Shown: in pieces, positions 9,367 through 19,851 of the stretch | Numbering within the stretch: the first letter of the stretch is position 1 | Layout: every line of letters starts with the position of its first letter | Assembly: GCA_010093745.1 (NCBI GenBank) | Contig: MU005966.1 | Location: 379,628-407,286, forward strand | Length of the DNA stretch: 27,659 bases | From: Piedraia hortae CBS 480.64 | Lineage: Eukaryota | Direction: 5' to 3' | Translations under genes and position numbers: made by a program | Notes under the pieces: model-generated | What the model was told of the DNA's origin: nothing | Databases searched by the model: none | Seen by the model: the letters and a program-made list of their open reading frames with translations, nothing else

Positions 9367-10701
9367 ATGGCTTTTGAGCGCTCCAGTTCGGAAGACGAGC
9401 CTACCGCGACTCGTGTGAGCAGCACTTCTGTGGGTAGCAACAACGGTTCACAAAAAACGTCGTCTATCGGATGCAATCTCAATCCGCTTGCCAGAGACTT
9501 CTCACCTTCACACAAAAAAGTGGACTCGAGGATCTCAACTGAGCTTTTCGAAACAGTCAATGGTGTCTCTGGCCTTTTTGCACGCGTTAACATCAAACGT
9601 GGAACCCAAATCCTCTGCGAAGATCCTTTAATGCAGATAGCCAGCGAGGACCAACTTCCTCTGGTCTGGAACCTGTATGAACGCTTGAGCAAAGAGAAAA
9701 AAGCTTCATTCGATAGTTTGCAATCTTACCACAGGACGAGTATGGAGTATAAGACCGTATCTCGACTGGTCCTACCTTTCACGAACGACGAGCTTGCCTT
9801 GGCCGAAAGAAATAGGGTTTTGGCCACGTTTGGACGTAACAGCTTCATTGCATGCCCCCCCAGTCTAGCGGTTTTTGAAGTTGCGGCCCACTTGACCCAT
9901 TCCTGCGTGCCCAACGTGCACCACTCATTCAACACAGCCCTAAACAAGCACACGGTATATGCTATTGCCGATATTGATGCAGGTGAACAGCTGACAACGT
10001 CTTTTCTGGGTGGCGAGCATATTTGTTTGTCCAGTGCGCAAAGAACAGAAGTGCTGCAGCAAAATTATGGGATCACTTGTGCATGTGCCGCATGCAACGA
10101 CAGAACTGGCGTCTCGGATAATCGAAGACAGGTGATGAACACCGTGGCCGAGGAACTGCAAGCATATCACGAAGGAAGAACGTCGGTAACCGCGACTGAA
10201 GCACAAGGACTGGCGTTGGTCTTTCTCGGCCTCCTGGAGGTCGAAGGGCTTACCGGGATGGACATGGCCGTTGCCACCCGTCATATCTCGACTATTGCCC
10301 TTGACTTGGAAAACTGGAATTATGCACTGCAGTATGCTGCTCAAGAACAGGAAATAGAGAGCTACTGCCTCGGCACCACGGTAGGAAGCCCTGAAGGCGG
10401 TGGAATGACAGCGGCAGAATGGACAGATTACGTACGCTGCGTTGTGTACAATAATGGTGGCGTGGCGGAACTCGGTGGTAGCGTTCCCTCCAGAAACACT
10501 TTAAGAAAGTGGAAGAAGAGGAATGCCAAGGCCAAGGCCAGAATCAACGCACTGTCCGCATGCGCAGATCAAAATGGAGTGCAGCACGAGACCCTGCACC
10601 ATCAAAAAGCCAACGCTAAATCAAAGCCCAAGGCATCAGTGAAGCAAGATTCCCTCTGGGATGAATATGACAACGCGTTTCCTAAGATGGGTGCAGAGTG
10701 A
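9367..10701 (+). CDS. SET-domain protein (SMYD/SET5-like architecture), possibly catalytically degenerate
   Basis: GLFARVNIKRGTQILCEDPL, HLTHSCVPN, A.ADIDAGEQLTTSF and post-SET CACAAC, followed by a helical C-terminal region; single 444-aa ORF. Confidence 0.8.
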   Translation: MAFERSSSEDEPTATRVSSTSVGSNNGSQKTSSIGCNLNPLARDFSPSHKKVDSRISTELFETVNGVSGLFARVNIKRGTQILCEDPLMQIASEDQLPLVWNLYERLSKEKKASFDSLQSYHRTSMEYKTVSRLVLPFTNDELALAERNRVLATFGRNSFIACPPSLAVFEVAAHLTHSCVPNVHHSFNTALNKHTVYAIADIDAGEQLTTSFLGGEHICLSSAQRTEVLQQNYGITCACAACNDRTGVSDNRRQVMNTVAEELQAYHEGRTSVTATEAQGLALVFLGLLEVEGLTGMDMAVATRHISTIALDLENWNYALQYAAQEQEIESYCLGTTVGSPEGGGMTAAEWTDYVRCVVYNNGGVAELGGSVPSRNTLRKWKKRNAKAKARINALSACADQNGVQHETLHHQKANAKSKPKASVKQDSLWDEYDNAFPKMGAE

Positions 10702-11005
10702 AAGTTATGGCTCATTTGGCTTTGTATGGTGTTCCTGGTCTCAGTGTGGTGCTCAGGCACAGGTATACACATGGGCTGGAGCAAGCGAAGGCAAATAAAG
10801 GCATTGGGAAAGTATGTATATTGAACAGAGGGACGAAAGTAAACACATGGAGTATGAAGACGCTTTGTCGTCAAGCTGGAAATCCATGGTAAGCCGGATG
10901 AGGGATAAGCTCTCCACCACCCAAAAAAAGATTGAACACTAAAAAGATCATAGCCTTGCAAGTTGTTTTAGTAGAACAACATCGCAATCACGAGCTCAAA
11001 TATTT

Positions 11006-11022
11006 AAAAAAAAAAAAAAAAA
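11006..11022 (+). repeat. Poly(A)17 homopolymer
   Basis: Read directly. Confidence 0.9.
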
Positions 11023-11204
11023 GTGCTTGGAAAGATAATCACTGAACTCCTGGCTATCGTTTGGCTGGGCTTTCAAATTGCGGTAAGTCTTTTGAAGGTA
11101 TAGTGTTCGACCCTGGGAGGTATCCAAATCTCCATTTCCCGGCTAAATTAAGACATCAGGATAGAGACTGGGTTCGTTCGCCTTCGATCGAGCTTTTGGT
11201 ATGT

Positions 11205-11212
11205 TGACGTCA
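11205..11212. promoter_or_regulatory. CRE palindrome TGACGTCA (ATF/CREB-type bZIP site candidate)
   Basis: Perfect palindrome about 45 nt upstream of ATG 11257; function is inferred only. Confidence 0.3.
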
Positions 11213-11256
11213 CGGAAAAATAAAAATTCCTGTCCCCCACAAGTGTCAATGTTGAT

Positions 11257-12105
11257 ATGACAGCATCATTGAACCGTGTCGCCCCAGCCACGACTCGTCT
11301 GCAACCACTCATCCACCCATACCTAGCTCAGTCATCGAAAAGCATCTTCATAATGCCTTCTTCAAACCAGCTCGCACCCTGGAAAGCCCCCTTTTCTGAT
11401 GATTTGACCCAATTCTCCTCGCCTGAGTTCGTCTTCAGCACCGTGCATTGCTCTTCTAACCCGCAAGAAGCCTACCCTCGCGCCAGGTACTGTATTCACA
11501 GGGGGTTCTTTGCTTCTTTGCCATATGACAAACACAACAGTGCACCAAAAAACGAAGCTGTTTACGAAAGCGACCTGCCCACATTTACTACCGACGTAAG
11601 AATGGAAAAAGTCGGTGAACTTGAAAGGCAAAGCGGGGGATTGTGTGAGTGCGTTTACTGGGTCAAGGAAAGGATGCATCAATGGCGTGTGAGGGGGCGC
11701 GCGTTTGTTCTCGCGGAAAAAGGTATCGAAAAGGACATCAAGGATGCGTTGTTGGCCAGGATGAGAGAGATTCGGCCCAGTGGAGTGGAGGATTGGTCAT
11801 GGGAGAAGGAGATTGTTGCACACTTTGGGAACCTTTCGCCCGGTATGAGGGGTTCATTTAAAGCTCCGCCACCTGGCCAGAGGAAGGACTTACCTTATGA
11901 CAAGGAATTGGAGTTGGGGAAAGAAGCAAGCATCAACGATCCTGTTGCTAGACGTCATTTCAGGGTCGTAGTCATCGTACCCTACTTTGTTGAAAGAACT
12001 GATCTGAGCGACCCGGCGACTGCGAAGAGAACTGCATGGGAATTTAGCCAAGGAAGCTCCAAGGGGGAAAACCAACGATGGAAAGAGTGGGAGACATGGC
12101 CATAA
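11257..12105 (+). CDS. Pyridoxamine 5'-phosphate oxidase-like FMN-binding split-barrel protein
   Basis: APWK, F.FSTV, PRARYCIHRGF, FTTDVRMEKV, E.VYWVKE..HQWRVRG and ARRHFRVVVIVP..VE..DLSDP. Alternative in-frame ATG at 11353. Confidence 0.8.
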   Translation: MTASLNRVAPATTRLQPLIHPYLAQSSKSIFIMPSSNQLAPWKAPFSDDLTQFSSPEFVFSTVHCSSNPQEAYPRARYCIHRGFFASLPYDKHNSAPKNEAVYESDLPTFTTDVRMEKVGELERQSGGLCECVYWVKERMHQWRVRGRAFVLAEKGIEKDIKDALLARMREIRPSGVEDWSWEKEIVAHFGNLSPGMRGSFKAPPPGQRKDLPYDKELELGKEASINDPVARRHFRVVVIVPYFVERTDLSDPATAKRTAWEFSQGSSKGENQRWKEWETWP

Positions 12106-12425
12106 TCGTGTCAAGCCAATCAATGATGTACATAGTCTACGAAAGCGATCGCTCTTTTGAACTCGGCGCGAAGGGAAGAGCTGCGCTTGGATGATCACGT
12201 CGTAGGATGGAATTCCAAGTCCCGTGGAAAGATGCCCTTCTCCAGGTAGGTAAAAACCGCCGAGGGCCAGGAAAGACAAGCCTGGGTAACAGAATCGGAC
12301 TAGGATAAATTCTGTGAACGATTAAGACACTGGAAGCTCTACCAGTATTTGTACTAAGACATTTTGGCAAAACAAAAAAAGATGACCTCAGCTGCCTTCA
12401 ACGGCGCGCAGCGTCTCTGCCCATC

Positions 12426-13037
12426 ATGGCTAACGAAGCCTTACGCACAATAACATGTTTGCTCGAGAACGTCCCCCTATGGCTTAACCAACTTGATTCT
12501 ATCCCTGTCTCCGCGTTCCCTGCTGCTGCTGCTGCTCCTGCTGCTGCGAAAGCGACAACGACTGAAGTTTACTACAACGGGCCTTCACAGAAGACACTCG
12601 AATTCATAGTCCGCAACGTCGGTTCTTTGCGCTCGGAGTTGAGGACGGGGAGAATGTCAGCTCGGATAGAATTGCGCTCCCGCATCTGGGATCGAGATGC
12701 GGCCACGGTGCGAGAACATGATCATGTGTCCAGAACCCTGGAACTGGTCGAGTCTGCTTTGGAAAAAGCTCAGGCGCTATGCGAAGCAGCCGCGTTTGAG
12801 ATGCTTCGAACTGGCCATCACGAGGGAGGCATTGCAAAGGCGAGAGATTGCTTGATCGAGGCAATGACGCTGGCCAAGGCCGAGGTGGCCCCATTAAGGG
12901 ACAGGGCGACCACCGCACTTGGCGACAAAGTAGACCAGGCACCAGTGGCACCCGCCGTTTCTGCCGAGGAAACTCTTGAGGTTACGAGTGATAGCGACGA
13001 GGACGAAGACTATATGCTACCTGAGAGGCTGAGATGA
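12426..13037 (+). CDS. Hypothetical helical protein, 203 aa
   Basis: ATG-initiated ORF in good context (ATCATGG), coding-like composition and acidic tail. Segments VYYNG..QKTLE.IVRNV and LEKAQALCE.AA resemble uncharacterised ascomycete proteins (from memory, unverified). Confidence 0.65.
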   Translation: MANEALRTITCLLENVPLWLNQLDSIPVSAFPAAAAAPAAAKATTTEVYYNGPSQKTLEFIVRNVGSLRSELRTGRMSARIELRSRIWDRDAATVREHDHVSRTLELVESALEKAQALCEAAAFEMLRTGHHEGGIAKARDCLIEAMTLAKAEVAPLRDRATTALGDKVDQAPVAPAVSAEETLEVTSDSDEDEDYMLPERLR

Positions 13038-13075
13038 TAATCAACTGTCACGCAATTTGGTCTCAGCAGCGTTTC

Positions 13076-13809
13076 CTACTTCATGACTGGCTCTCGAACC
13101 ATAATGTCCAGCCGCACTTGCTTTTCTGCACGCTGGAGATAAATTTCCTTTTTGAACTCGAATCCGCGCTTGCGGTAAAAGTCGCAATTTGCGCGGCTTG
13201 AACTCTCGAGATAGCAAGCCTTCCCTTCTTCATCGGCTTGCTGCGTGACATACTCAATCACACGGCGCGCATAGCCCCGACCCCTACTACATGGGCGCGT
13301 GCCAATGTAGACGAGATACCAGCTAGAGTTGTCGCGCTCAGCGAGGACTTGCGCCTTCGTGTCATGCAACAGAGGCATAAACTCGTCAAAATAGCGCTTG
13401 TGGCCCTCTTTAGAAAGGGCCCATTTGACCCTCAGCATGCCACTCCGGATGGTGTCGAGCAAGCCAACGTTTTCCGCACCGGGTGGCATCCTGATTGTTA
13501 GCTTAACCTTCAACATTTTTTTTTGGAAGGACAATACCACAACGACACGCAGTCGTAATTTGGTCCCGCAGCAATGACGAGCCCCTTGAGCAGGTGGGTG
13601 TAAGTGATAAACTCCATCATAAGGATATGGAGAGCCCACTTTTGCTCTGGGGTCCAGTTGGCCGTATCGGGCGTGTTGAGTATGTACAAGGATGAAGATT
13701 CTTCGGCAAAGGCCTCAGCAAGGCTCGCCGAGGCTTCCTTCCATTCCGAGAGTTGGACGATCCGAATATCGCCCTCGGGTGAGGCAGAGTCGACTCGTTT
13801 CATGTCCAT
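13076..13809 (-). CDS. GNAT-family N-acetyltransferase
   Basis: Exons 13809-13538 and 13490-13076; intron 13537-13491 (GTATTG..GCTAAC..CAG, 47 nt) joins CVSLW-MPPG. Acetyl-CoA motif WYLVYIGT.P.SRGRGYA and CYLESSS..N..FY.KRGF. Confidence 0.88.
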
Positions 13810-14891
13810 GCTCGACGATTGATACCGTTTTTGCAACTAAGCGGGATGAATGAGCGGCCAGACTTTACATGCGACAGCTGCACTTTCAACGACATCAACC
13901 TTTTGCTTTTGGGTAATGGTGACGTGCTTTCGCAAGTGTCAAATGTCAATGCGAATAAACGTCAAAGGGGATGTCAAGAAAAGCGTCGGATCAAGCTTTT
14001 TAAGGCGGGGAGGCAATCCACGTGCGTATCATGTCATGGGACTGTTATCTATGTATGCAGCTGCTGATTGCCTGAGCGAAGTACAGCATAAGGCGCCACT
14101 GCCTATTGGTCACATAGAACTACTGGCCCAACAGCCTTGTCTTCCTCTGGATATGTCCCGCATACTGCTTCGAAACCGTGTCCCATGAGTTTACGTACTT
14201 GCCAATGCAATTCTTTACGCAGCTGGTTTCTGCCGAGCCCAGAGACGTTGTCGGTGAAGCAACGCATCGCTCGAAGCAGTGCTCGTTGAGTTTCTGTGCA
14301 ATGTGTCAGTGACGGTTGAGTGTCGCGCAATGGCTCAGATAGCGAAAGAAAGACCGACGTCGACTAGCATTCTCGTGTTTGCCATTGCGGTTTGTTGGCG
14401 CACAGCCTCGATAAGTGTTTGTTTTGCATCAGCCATGGTTTGAGATTGTAAGTAGTCTACGGGTAGTACGCGGAGTTGTGCGAGCGGAAATCTTGCCACA
14501 TGGGGAATGACACCGTATCTTCTGTACCGTTAAAAGCATATCTTAACCTCGCATCGTACATTGTTGCAACTGGTATCTATTCTTGCTCATTCATTCATCA
14601 CAACCCAGATGCATCACAGGACCAAAGTAGTACAAACACAAAAACCCTCGCTCAAAGTAATGATAAATGCCCTCTAAGAATGAGTACCATCAGACTCCCG
14701 TCCAAGATCCCCGTCGCGCCTGGTGGTATCAATGCAGGACATTGCGTAAAAAGAGAAAGAAAGAAAGAAAGCAAGACGATTCCCACAACAGATGACCGCG
14801 CCTCTTTTCCGACTTGTTTTGGTGCATGGCAGAGCGCAATCGGAAAATCGGAAATATACCGTAGTGAATCAATCACGGGCTTCATGCAGGT

Positions 14892-17672
14892 CTAGTCGTC
14901 GCTTTGCAAGATATCCATGACCAAGATGTCACGGTAGCAGTTCATCCGCCAAATTTCGCGACGATACCATCGGATGAGACTGTCAGCACGCATGGCTGCC
15001 TGGACAACATCCTCGCGGGTCTTGGGGCCGATCGGGGCAAGGACGAGCAAATGGCGAGCGTTTCGTAGCAGAGCATCCAGATGCTTGTTTGTCTCGGTAA
15101 GATGGCGCTCCAGCTCCGTAATTTTTTGCACCATGACATGACGCCTGGTGGCCATTATTTGGCTCTGCAGCTGCGGGCTCACTTCGTTTCTCACGACGGC
15201 CACTTCGCCCGAAGGCAGCTGGTCCGAATGCGACGAGGTTGATTGTGGATCCTGCCTTCTCAAATCCTCGTCGTTTCCACCCAGCATGCCGCGAATGCGC
15301 ACGCCTGCAGCACGGAAGGCAGCGGCATAGTTTATCAACGCCAACCAATCATTCCGCTCGGCCTCGTTGTCCGCTAGAAGCACTTCCTCTTCGCCGTTTG
15401 GGCGGAAAAATGTGAAGCCGTTCCTGTGGCGGCTGTAGGTCGAATCAATCAATGCTACCGAGGTGTCCGTCTTGATGAGCGCATCGGGCTTGAACTGGAG
15501 CAGCGGGGGCTTAAATATGACGGGCGTACGTGGCTGACCAGGCTTCTGTTGGCTCAAGAACTGGTTGAGCAGTCCCTTGGCCCAATGCGAATTTTTGAAG
15601 AGGTACAACTGCGAGCCGGTCAAGATGGCTCCCCATTCCTGCCACGGCGAGCGAGCGGTTTTCCTCCTGGGAGATTTCCGCCACAGAACGCCAACCTTTG
15701 TGATTTTCAGGTCAATGATGCCGGCCCTGGTATCCATCGGGCTCGGGCTGCTATTTATCTGCCGCTCTTCAAACGCACTGGGGCGAGAGCGTGCCGAAAT
15801 TATCTGGAGAATGCCTGTGTGGGTAAAGGCTCGCTGAAGGTAGACCGGGTCCAGGTCGGCTGTGCCCCGGTAGTTGTAGGGATCGTCACAGCTGAGAATA
15901 TGCTTCAAGTTTGGACGCAGCTGGTCCAGCTTCTGGTCGACTATCAGATTGTACGGATGCATAAGGCCCGGCTTCTGGTTGGAGCCCTCCTTGAGCTTCT
16001 TTCGTTTCGGCTGGACTTGCATGACCCGGAGATCCGCATCTTCTTCGCAATGCACAAACGGCGTATAGCAAATGTTGTCATAGAAACACGCTAGAATCTC
16101 GTCAGCCACGTGCTGGCCAGACGTGTTTTTGATGTAGTCTAGCTTTTGCATCTTCCGTTTGTTATTCTTGTTGAAGACGTCTGTATGCAACATCATGAGC
16201 GAAAAGGCCACAATATATGCCTGGTCGGGCCACAAGAAGATTCCGGGGTTGCATTCATTGTAGCGGTCGGCAAACGCTTGAATCACGCGATCAACTTGCT
16301 GCGTTTCCTTGGGCAGCTCGGCTTCGAGAATGAACTTGCGGAGTGACATGTCTATCGGCTCTCCGAAGAAGGGAAAGCGGCGAGTGTAGCTACGCAGAAC
16401 GGCGTGGGCAAAAGGATCGGCCGACTTGGACAGAATCGAGGCAATCATGCTTCGCGATACGGCCGCCTCCAACCGCTCAAGGTACTTTCCCGGCGTTTCG
16501 CCATCCTCGCGTTCTGGAATCGTCAACTGTGCCCGAGGCACGTTGAATGAATCTGAACGGCTGGTGGGAGAGCCTCGTCGCGATGGCCGCGGCTCCGAGT
16601 TCTGGCGGAATCGTGCGAGGTGAAAGATGCCACCCAAGCTGGGCCTTCCTGACGTCGACGTCGAGTCGCGCTCGAGCTGGGGGGCCGATGTGTCACCGTC
16701 ACTTAAGCGACGCTCGCCGGGCGAACTCGCCGACCATGAGCTCTGTCCAGAGATAGGCCACGGCGGCGGCTGCTGCTGCTGCTGCAGCGGAGACGCTCCA
16801 GACGATTGGCGCGACCGCGTTGAATCGGTTCGGAAGAGGCCCAGGCCCGGTTCGGCGAACGAGAGAGCACCGCGCGCCAGCATAGCACGCGGCGAAGGGG
16901 ACTGGCCAAGCTTGGTCGGTGTCGAATCAGCCTTTTGCCGCGATACGGGCGAGCCTAGCTCCGTTGCGCTCCGGACGCCCGATGCACGCGGTGTGGCCAG
17001 CTCGGATTCTGCAGGCGACGGACTAGACCTGGGCAGCAACGAGTTGCGCTTCATGCCACGCGGCAACTTGAAAAACGTCGTGTGCGTCGTCGATACCGTT
17101 TGCGTCGTCGTCGTTGTCTGGCCATATACGTGGTCCGCGAAGCTGGCGGAGCTACCGTCAGAGCGCGACGACTCCGATGCGCGCGGATCGCTAATAGGAA
17201 GGGCGAGAGCAGAGCTGCTCTCGTCGCCGTACAACGGCGGTGCATTCAGCTGGGCCAGACGCTCCAGATCCGCCAAACCCGAGCTTTTGTTGCTCTGCAG
17301 CCGCGGCCATCGACGGAACGAGGTCTTGGACTTTGCACGCTTCATCGTCCCCGGGTGCTTTTTCGGCTGCGTAACCGAGCGCTTGTCCGGCTGCGGCTCC
17401 TGCTCACCATTGGCTGGTCGCTCGAGCGTGGGGACCGTCTTCAGAATCGTGGGCGGGCCGTTTGGCTGTGGAGGCAGCGGCGGAACCTCATCTTCGTCGG
17501 GGTTCAGGCGCGCTGGCGACGCAAGTTGCGGTTCGGAGAAGTTGCGCAGCTTCAGCAGGCTGAAGCGCTTGGCGCCGGCTGGTGTGGGAGGCGAAGCGTG
17601 GCCATTGGCATCAAACTCTTCACGGGCGGAAACAAAATCGAGGACGCTGCGGCGGCGCAACAACGGGGGCAT
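14892..17672 (-). CDS. Sec7-domain plus PH-like domain Arf guanine-nucleotide exchange factor (Syt1-like)
   Basis: PIDMSLRKF...ELPKETQQVDRVIQAFADRY (Glu finger), AFSLMMLHTDVFNKNNKRKM, PH-like KVGVLWRK...WQEWGAILTGSQLYLFK and W.ALINYAAAF, plus a C-terminal coiled coil and a long disordered N-terminus. Confidence 0.9.
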   Translation of the reverse strand: MPPLLRRRSVLDFVSAREEFDANGHASPPTPAGAKRFSLLKLRNFSEPQLASPARLNPDEDEVPPLPPQPNGPPTILKTVPTLERPANGEQEPQPDKRSVTQPKKHPGTMKRAKSKTSFRRWPRLQSNKSSGLADLERLAQLNAPPLYGDESSSALALPISDPRASESSRSDGSSASFADHVYGQTTTTTQTVSTTHTTFFKLPRGMKRNSLLPRSSPSPAESELATPRASGVRSATELGSPVSRQKADSTPTKLGQSPSPRAMLARGALSFAEPGLGLFRTDSTRSRQSSGASPLQQQQQPPPWPISGQSSWSASSPGERRLSDGDTSAPQLERDSTSTSGRPSLGGIFHLARFRQNSEPRPSRRGSPTSRSDSFNVPRAQLTIPEREDGETPGKYLERLEAAVSRSMIASILSKSADPFAHAVLRSYTRRFPFFGEPIDMSLRKFILEAELPKETQQVDRVIQAFADRYNECNPGIFLWPDQAYIVAFSLMMLHTDVFNKNNKRKMQKLDYIKNTSGQHVADEILACFYDNICYTPFVHCEEDADLRVMQVQPKRKKLKEGSNQKPGLMHPYNLIVDQKLDQLRPNLKHILSCDDPYNYRGTADLDPVYLQRAFTHTGILQIISARSRPSAFEERQINSSPSPMDTRAGIIDLKITKVGVLWRKSPRRKTARSPWQEWGAILTGSQLYLFKNSHWAKGLLNQFLSQQKPGQPRTPVIFKPPLLQFKPDALIKTDTSVALIDSTYSRHRNGFTFFRPNGEEEVLLADNEAERNDWLALINYAAAFRAAGVRIRGMLGGNDEDLRRQDPQSTSSHSDQLPSGEVAVVRNEVSPQLQSQIMATRRHVMVQKITELERHLTETNKHLDALLRNARHLLVLAPIGPKTREDVVQAAMRADSLIRWYRREIWRMNCYRDILVMDILQSDD

Positions 17673-18163
17673 TTGCGGCGCGGCGCATGGGAGCAGAGGC
17701 GTGGTCCCGGCGGCAGTAGACAGACTGGCTAGTGGTGGCAGTGGAGAGGTAGTAATGGCAGTGAGGACCGTTGATAGGAATAGAGGAGAGGGCGTGATGT
17801 GGTGTGGTGAGTGAGGGCAGTGAGGTCAAAGAGGGCAGCGTGGTCTGGAAGAGACGGTTTGGTCGGGGAAGCGGTGAGGCTCACAACAGCGATGATGTTG
17901 GGAACGACACAGTAATGGCAGCGGAAGACTGCTGGACAACGAATGTGGGCGTTGTTTGAATACGAGCAACAGGGAAAACTGTGCGACACAGACCAAAAGC
18001 GTCACGGTGGCGGGCGAGAAATGCCCCCGAGGCGCCAGTTCGACCCTGTGCCACGGCGTTTTTTTCCCACTTTTCAACTTCCACCCACTCTAACCCCACA
18101 AATAGCGGGTAGTCAGTAGCCAGTAGCCCAGTAACCAGCAGCCAGCAACGTGCAGCCAATAGG

Positions 18164-19774
18164 ATGTGGACCCTGCCCATGTGGGCGGCTGCCTCGTTCG
18201 CCGTGGCTGGGCCTTTGGTAAACAGCGGACCACCGTGGACAAACGACACGGTGCTACGGTTTCCGCTACGGACACGTGAGGAAGGCCAGATTTTCGACGA
18301 TGCTGTGAAGACGCTGCTTCTGGATGTGTGGACTCGCTCCATAGATTGGGTCGATGTCCGTGTGCCCCAAGACCATGTCCAACCTTTGCTTGCCATGCTG
18401 CCGACGTCCCTTCAGTCACGTCACCGATCCGTCCTGACCAGTCCGCAGCTTAAACAGTTCGTGGCGGAAACCTATGCCGGTCCAGCAGACAAATCTTTCA
18501 GTCCCGCCCTAGGCTCTGGGGAAGACTTGTTTTTCGAAGACTATCAACCGTTCTCGGTCATTGAGCCCTGGATGCGGCTGATGGCTTCGTTGTTCCCGAG
18601 CCACGTCCGCAAGATCAGCATTGGAAAGTCCTACGAGGGACGTGACATCCCAGCGTTGCGGGTCGGAGTGCATCCAACCAACAACAATGAGCCCCCGATG
18701 CCGAGAAGAACGTTCATAATCGTTGGTGGCATGCACGCAAGGGAGTGGATTGGAGTCAGCACCGTAAACTATCTTGCCTACCGCTTAATAACTGCCTACG
18801 GCAAGATTCCAGACATAACGCACAAACTAAACGAATTCGACTTCGTATTCATCCCAACTGTCAATCCTGATGGCTACGTATATTCGTGGGAGACTGACAG
18901 GCTATGGCGTAAGAACCGGCAACCTACCAGTTCCAGCTTCTGCACAGGCATCGACCTGGATAGAGCATTTAGCTACGCATGGGACGGCCCAGAAAACCCC
19001 TGTTCGGAATCCTACGGCGGAGAGGAGGCCTTCCAAGCCGTGGAATCGGAGCAATTCGCTTCCTGGGCTCGAAACGAAACGGAACACAATGTAAATTTTG
19101 CCGGCATCATTGACCTACACAGTTATTCGCAGTCAATCCTCTACCCATTCAGTTTCACCTGCGAGTTTGAACCACCAGGCAAGTTACCAACCTTCGTTCA
19201 GCGACATACTGACAACTGTCAAGGCCTCGAGAACCTCGAAGAGCTTGCCTATGGCCTATCACGGGCAATCAAACGAAACAGCGGCCACAACTACGACGTC
19301 ATGTCAGCTTGTGAAGGCAATGCCGGAACGTTTGCGCCTGCTGGAGGTGCCGGTTTGGATTGGTTTTACCACGAACTGCACGTGCCGTAAGATCTTGCCT
19401 TGCTTCTCACATACACACCCGTGCTGAAAACCCCTAACAGGTACGTTTACGACATCAAGCTCCGAGACAGGGGGACCTACGGCTTCTTGCTTCCAAAGGA
19501 AAATATTGTCCCCACAGGCAGGGAAATGTTTGATGCGTTAATGTATTTTGCCGACTTTCTCCTGGAAGAGAAAAGTGCGTCTGCCACCGACGTGATGTGT
19601 AGTTGCCCAGACTGCGATTGCTCGATCTGTAGTTGCCCAGATTGCACTTGCTCACAGGAAGAAAACGAACAAGGATACGTGTTCGAGATTAAGCACGACA
19701 GGAAACAGTTTGTCCACACGGACAATGTGCCGCCGACTGGACTGGATCCAGACGAGGTATCCTGGGAGTTATGA
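18164..19774 (+). CDS. ECM14: Inactive M14 metallocarboxypeptidase Ecm14
   Basis: Exons 18164-19178, 19224-19386 and 19441-19774; introns 19179-19223 (GC-AG) and 19387-19440 (GTAAGA..CAG). Signal peptide; zinc ligands HARE and DLHSYSQ; WRKNR; LDR in place of NRN; IKLRD, where Lys replaces the catalytic Glu270, as in Ecm14. Confidence 0.9.
19598..19654 (+). repeat. 30-bp-period tandem duplication encoding (CSCPDCxCS)x2
   Basis: tgtagttgcccagactgcgattgctcgatc followed by tgtagttgcccagattgcacttgctca. Confidence 0.9.
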
Positions 19775-19851
19775 AGATCAAAAATGATCAAAACCTCGGG
19801 TCTTTTCACTGTACATGGGTATACTACATGCGGAAAGTCATATATGCTAGC

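Noticed and set aside
11050..11190. GTTCGA B-box-like motifs suggesting a tRNA
   Set aside because: I could not build a cloverleaf with paired acceptor, D and T stems.
16627..17814. 395-aa plus-strand ORF (and 17082-17732, 15426-16094)
   Set aside because: Antisense shadows of the GC-rich Sec7 GEF coding region; low-complexity translation with no recognisable motifs.
18109..18149. Degenerate CCAGTAG-like repeats upstream of ECM14
   Set aside because: Short, decayed microsatellite with no supportable function.
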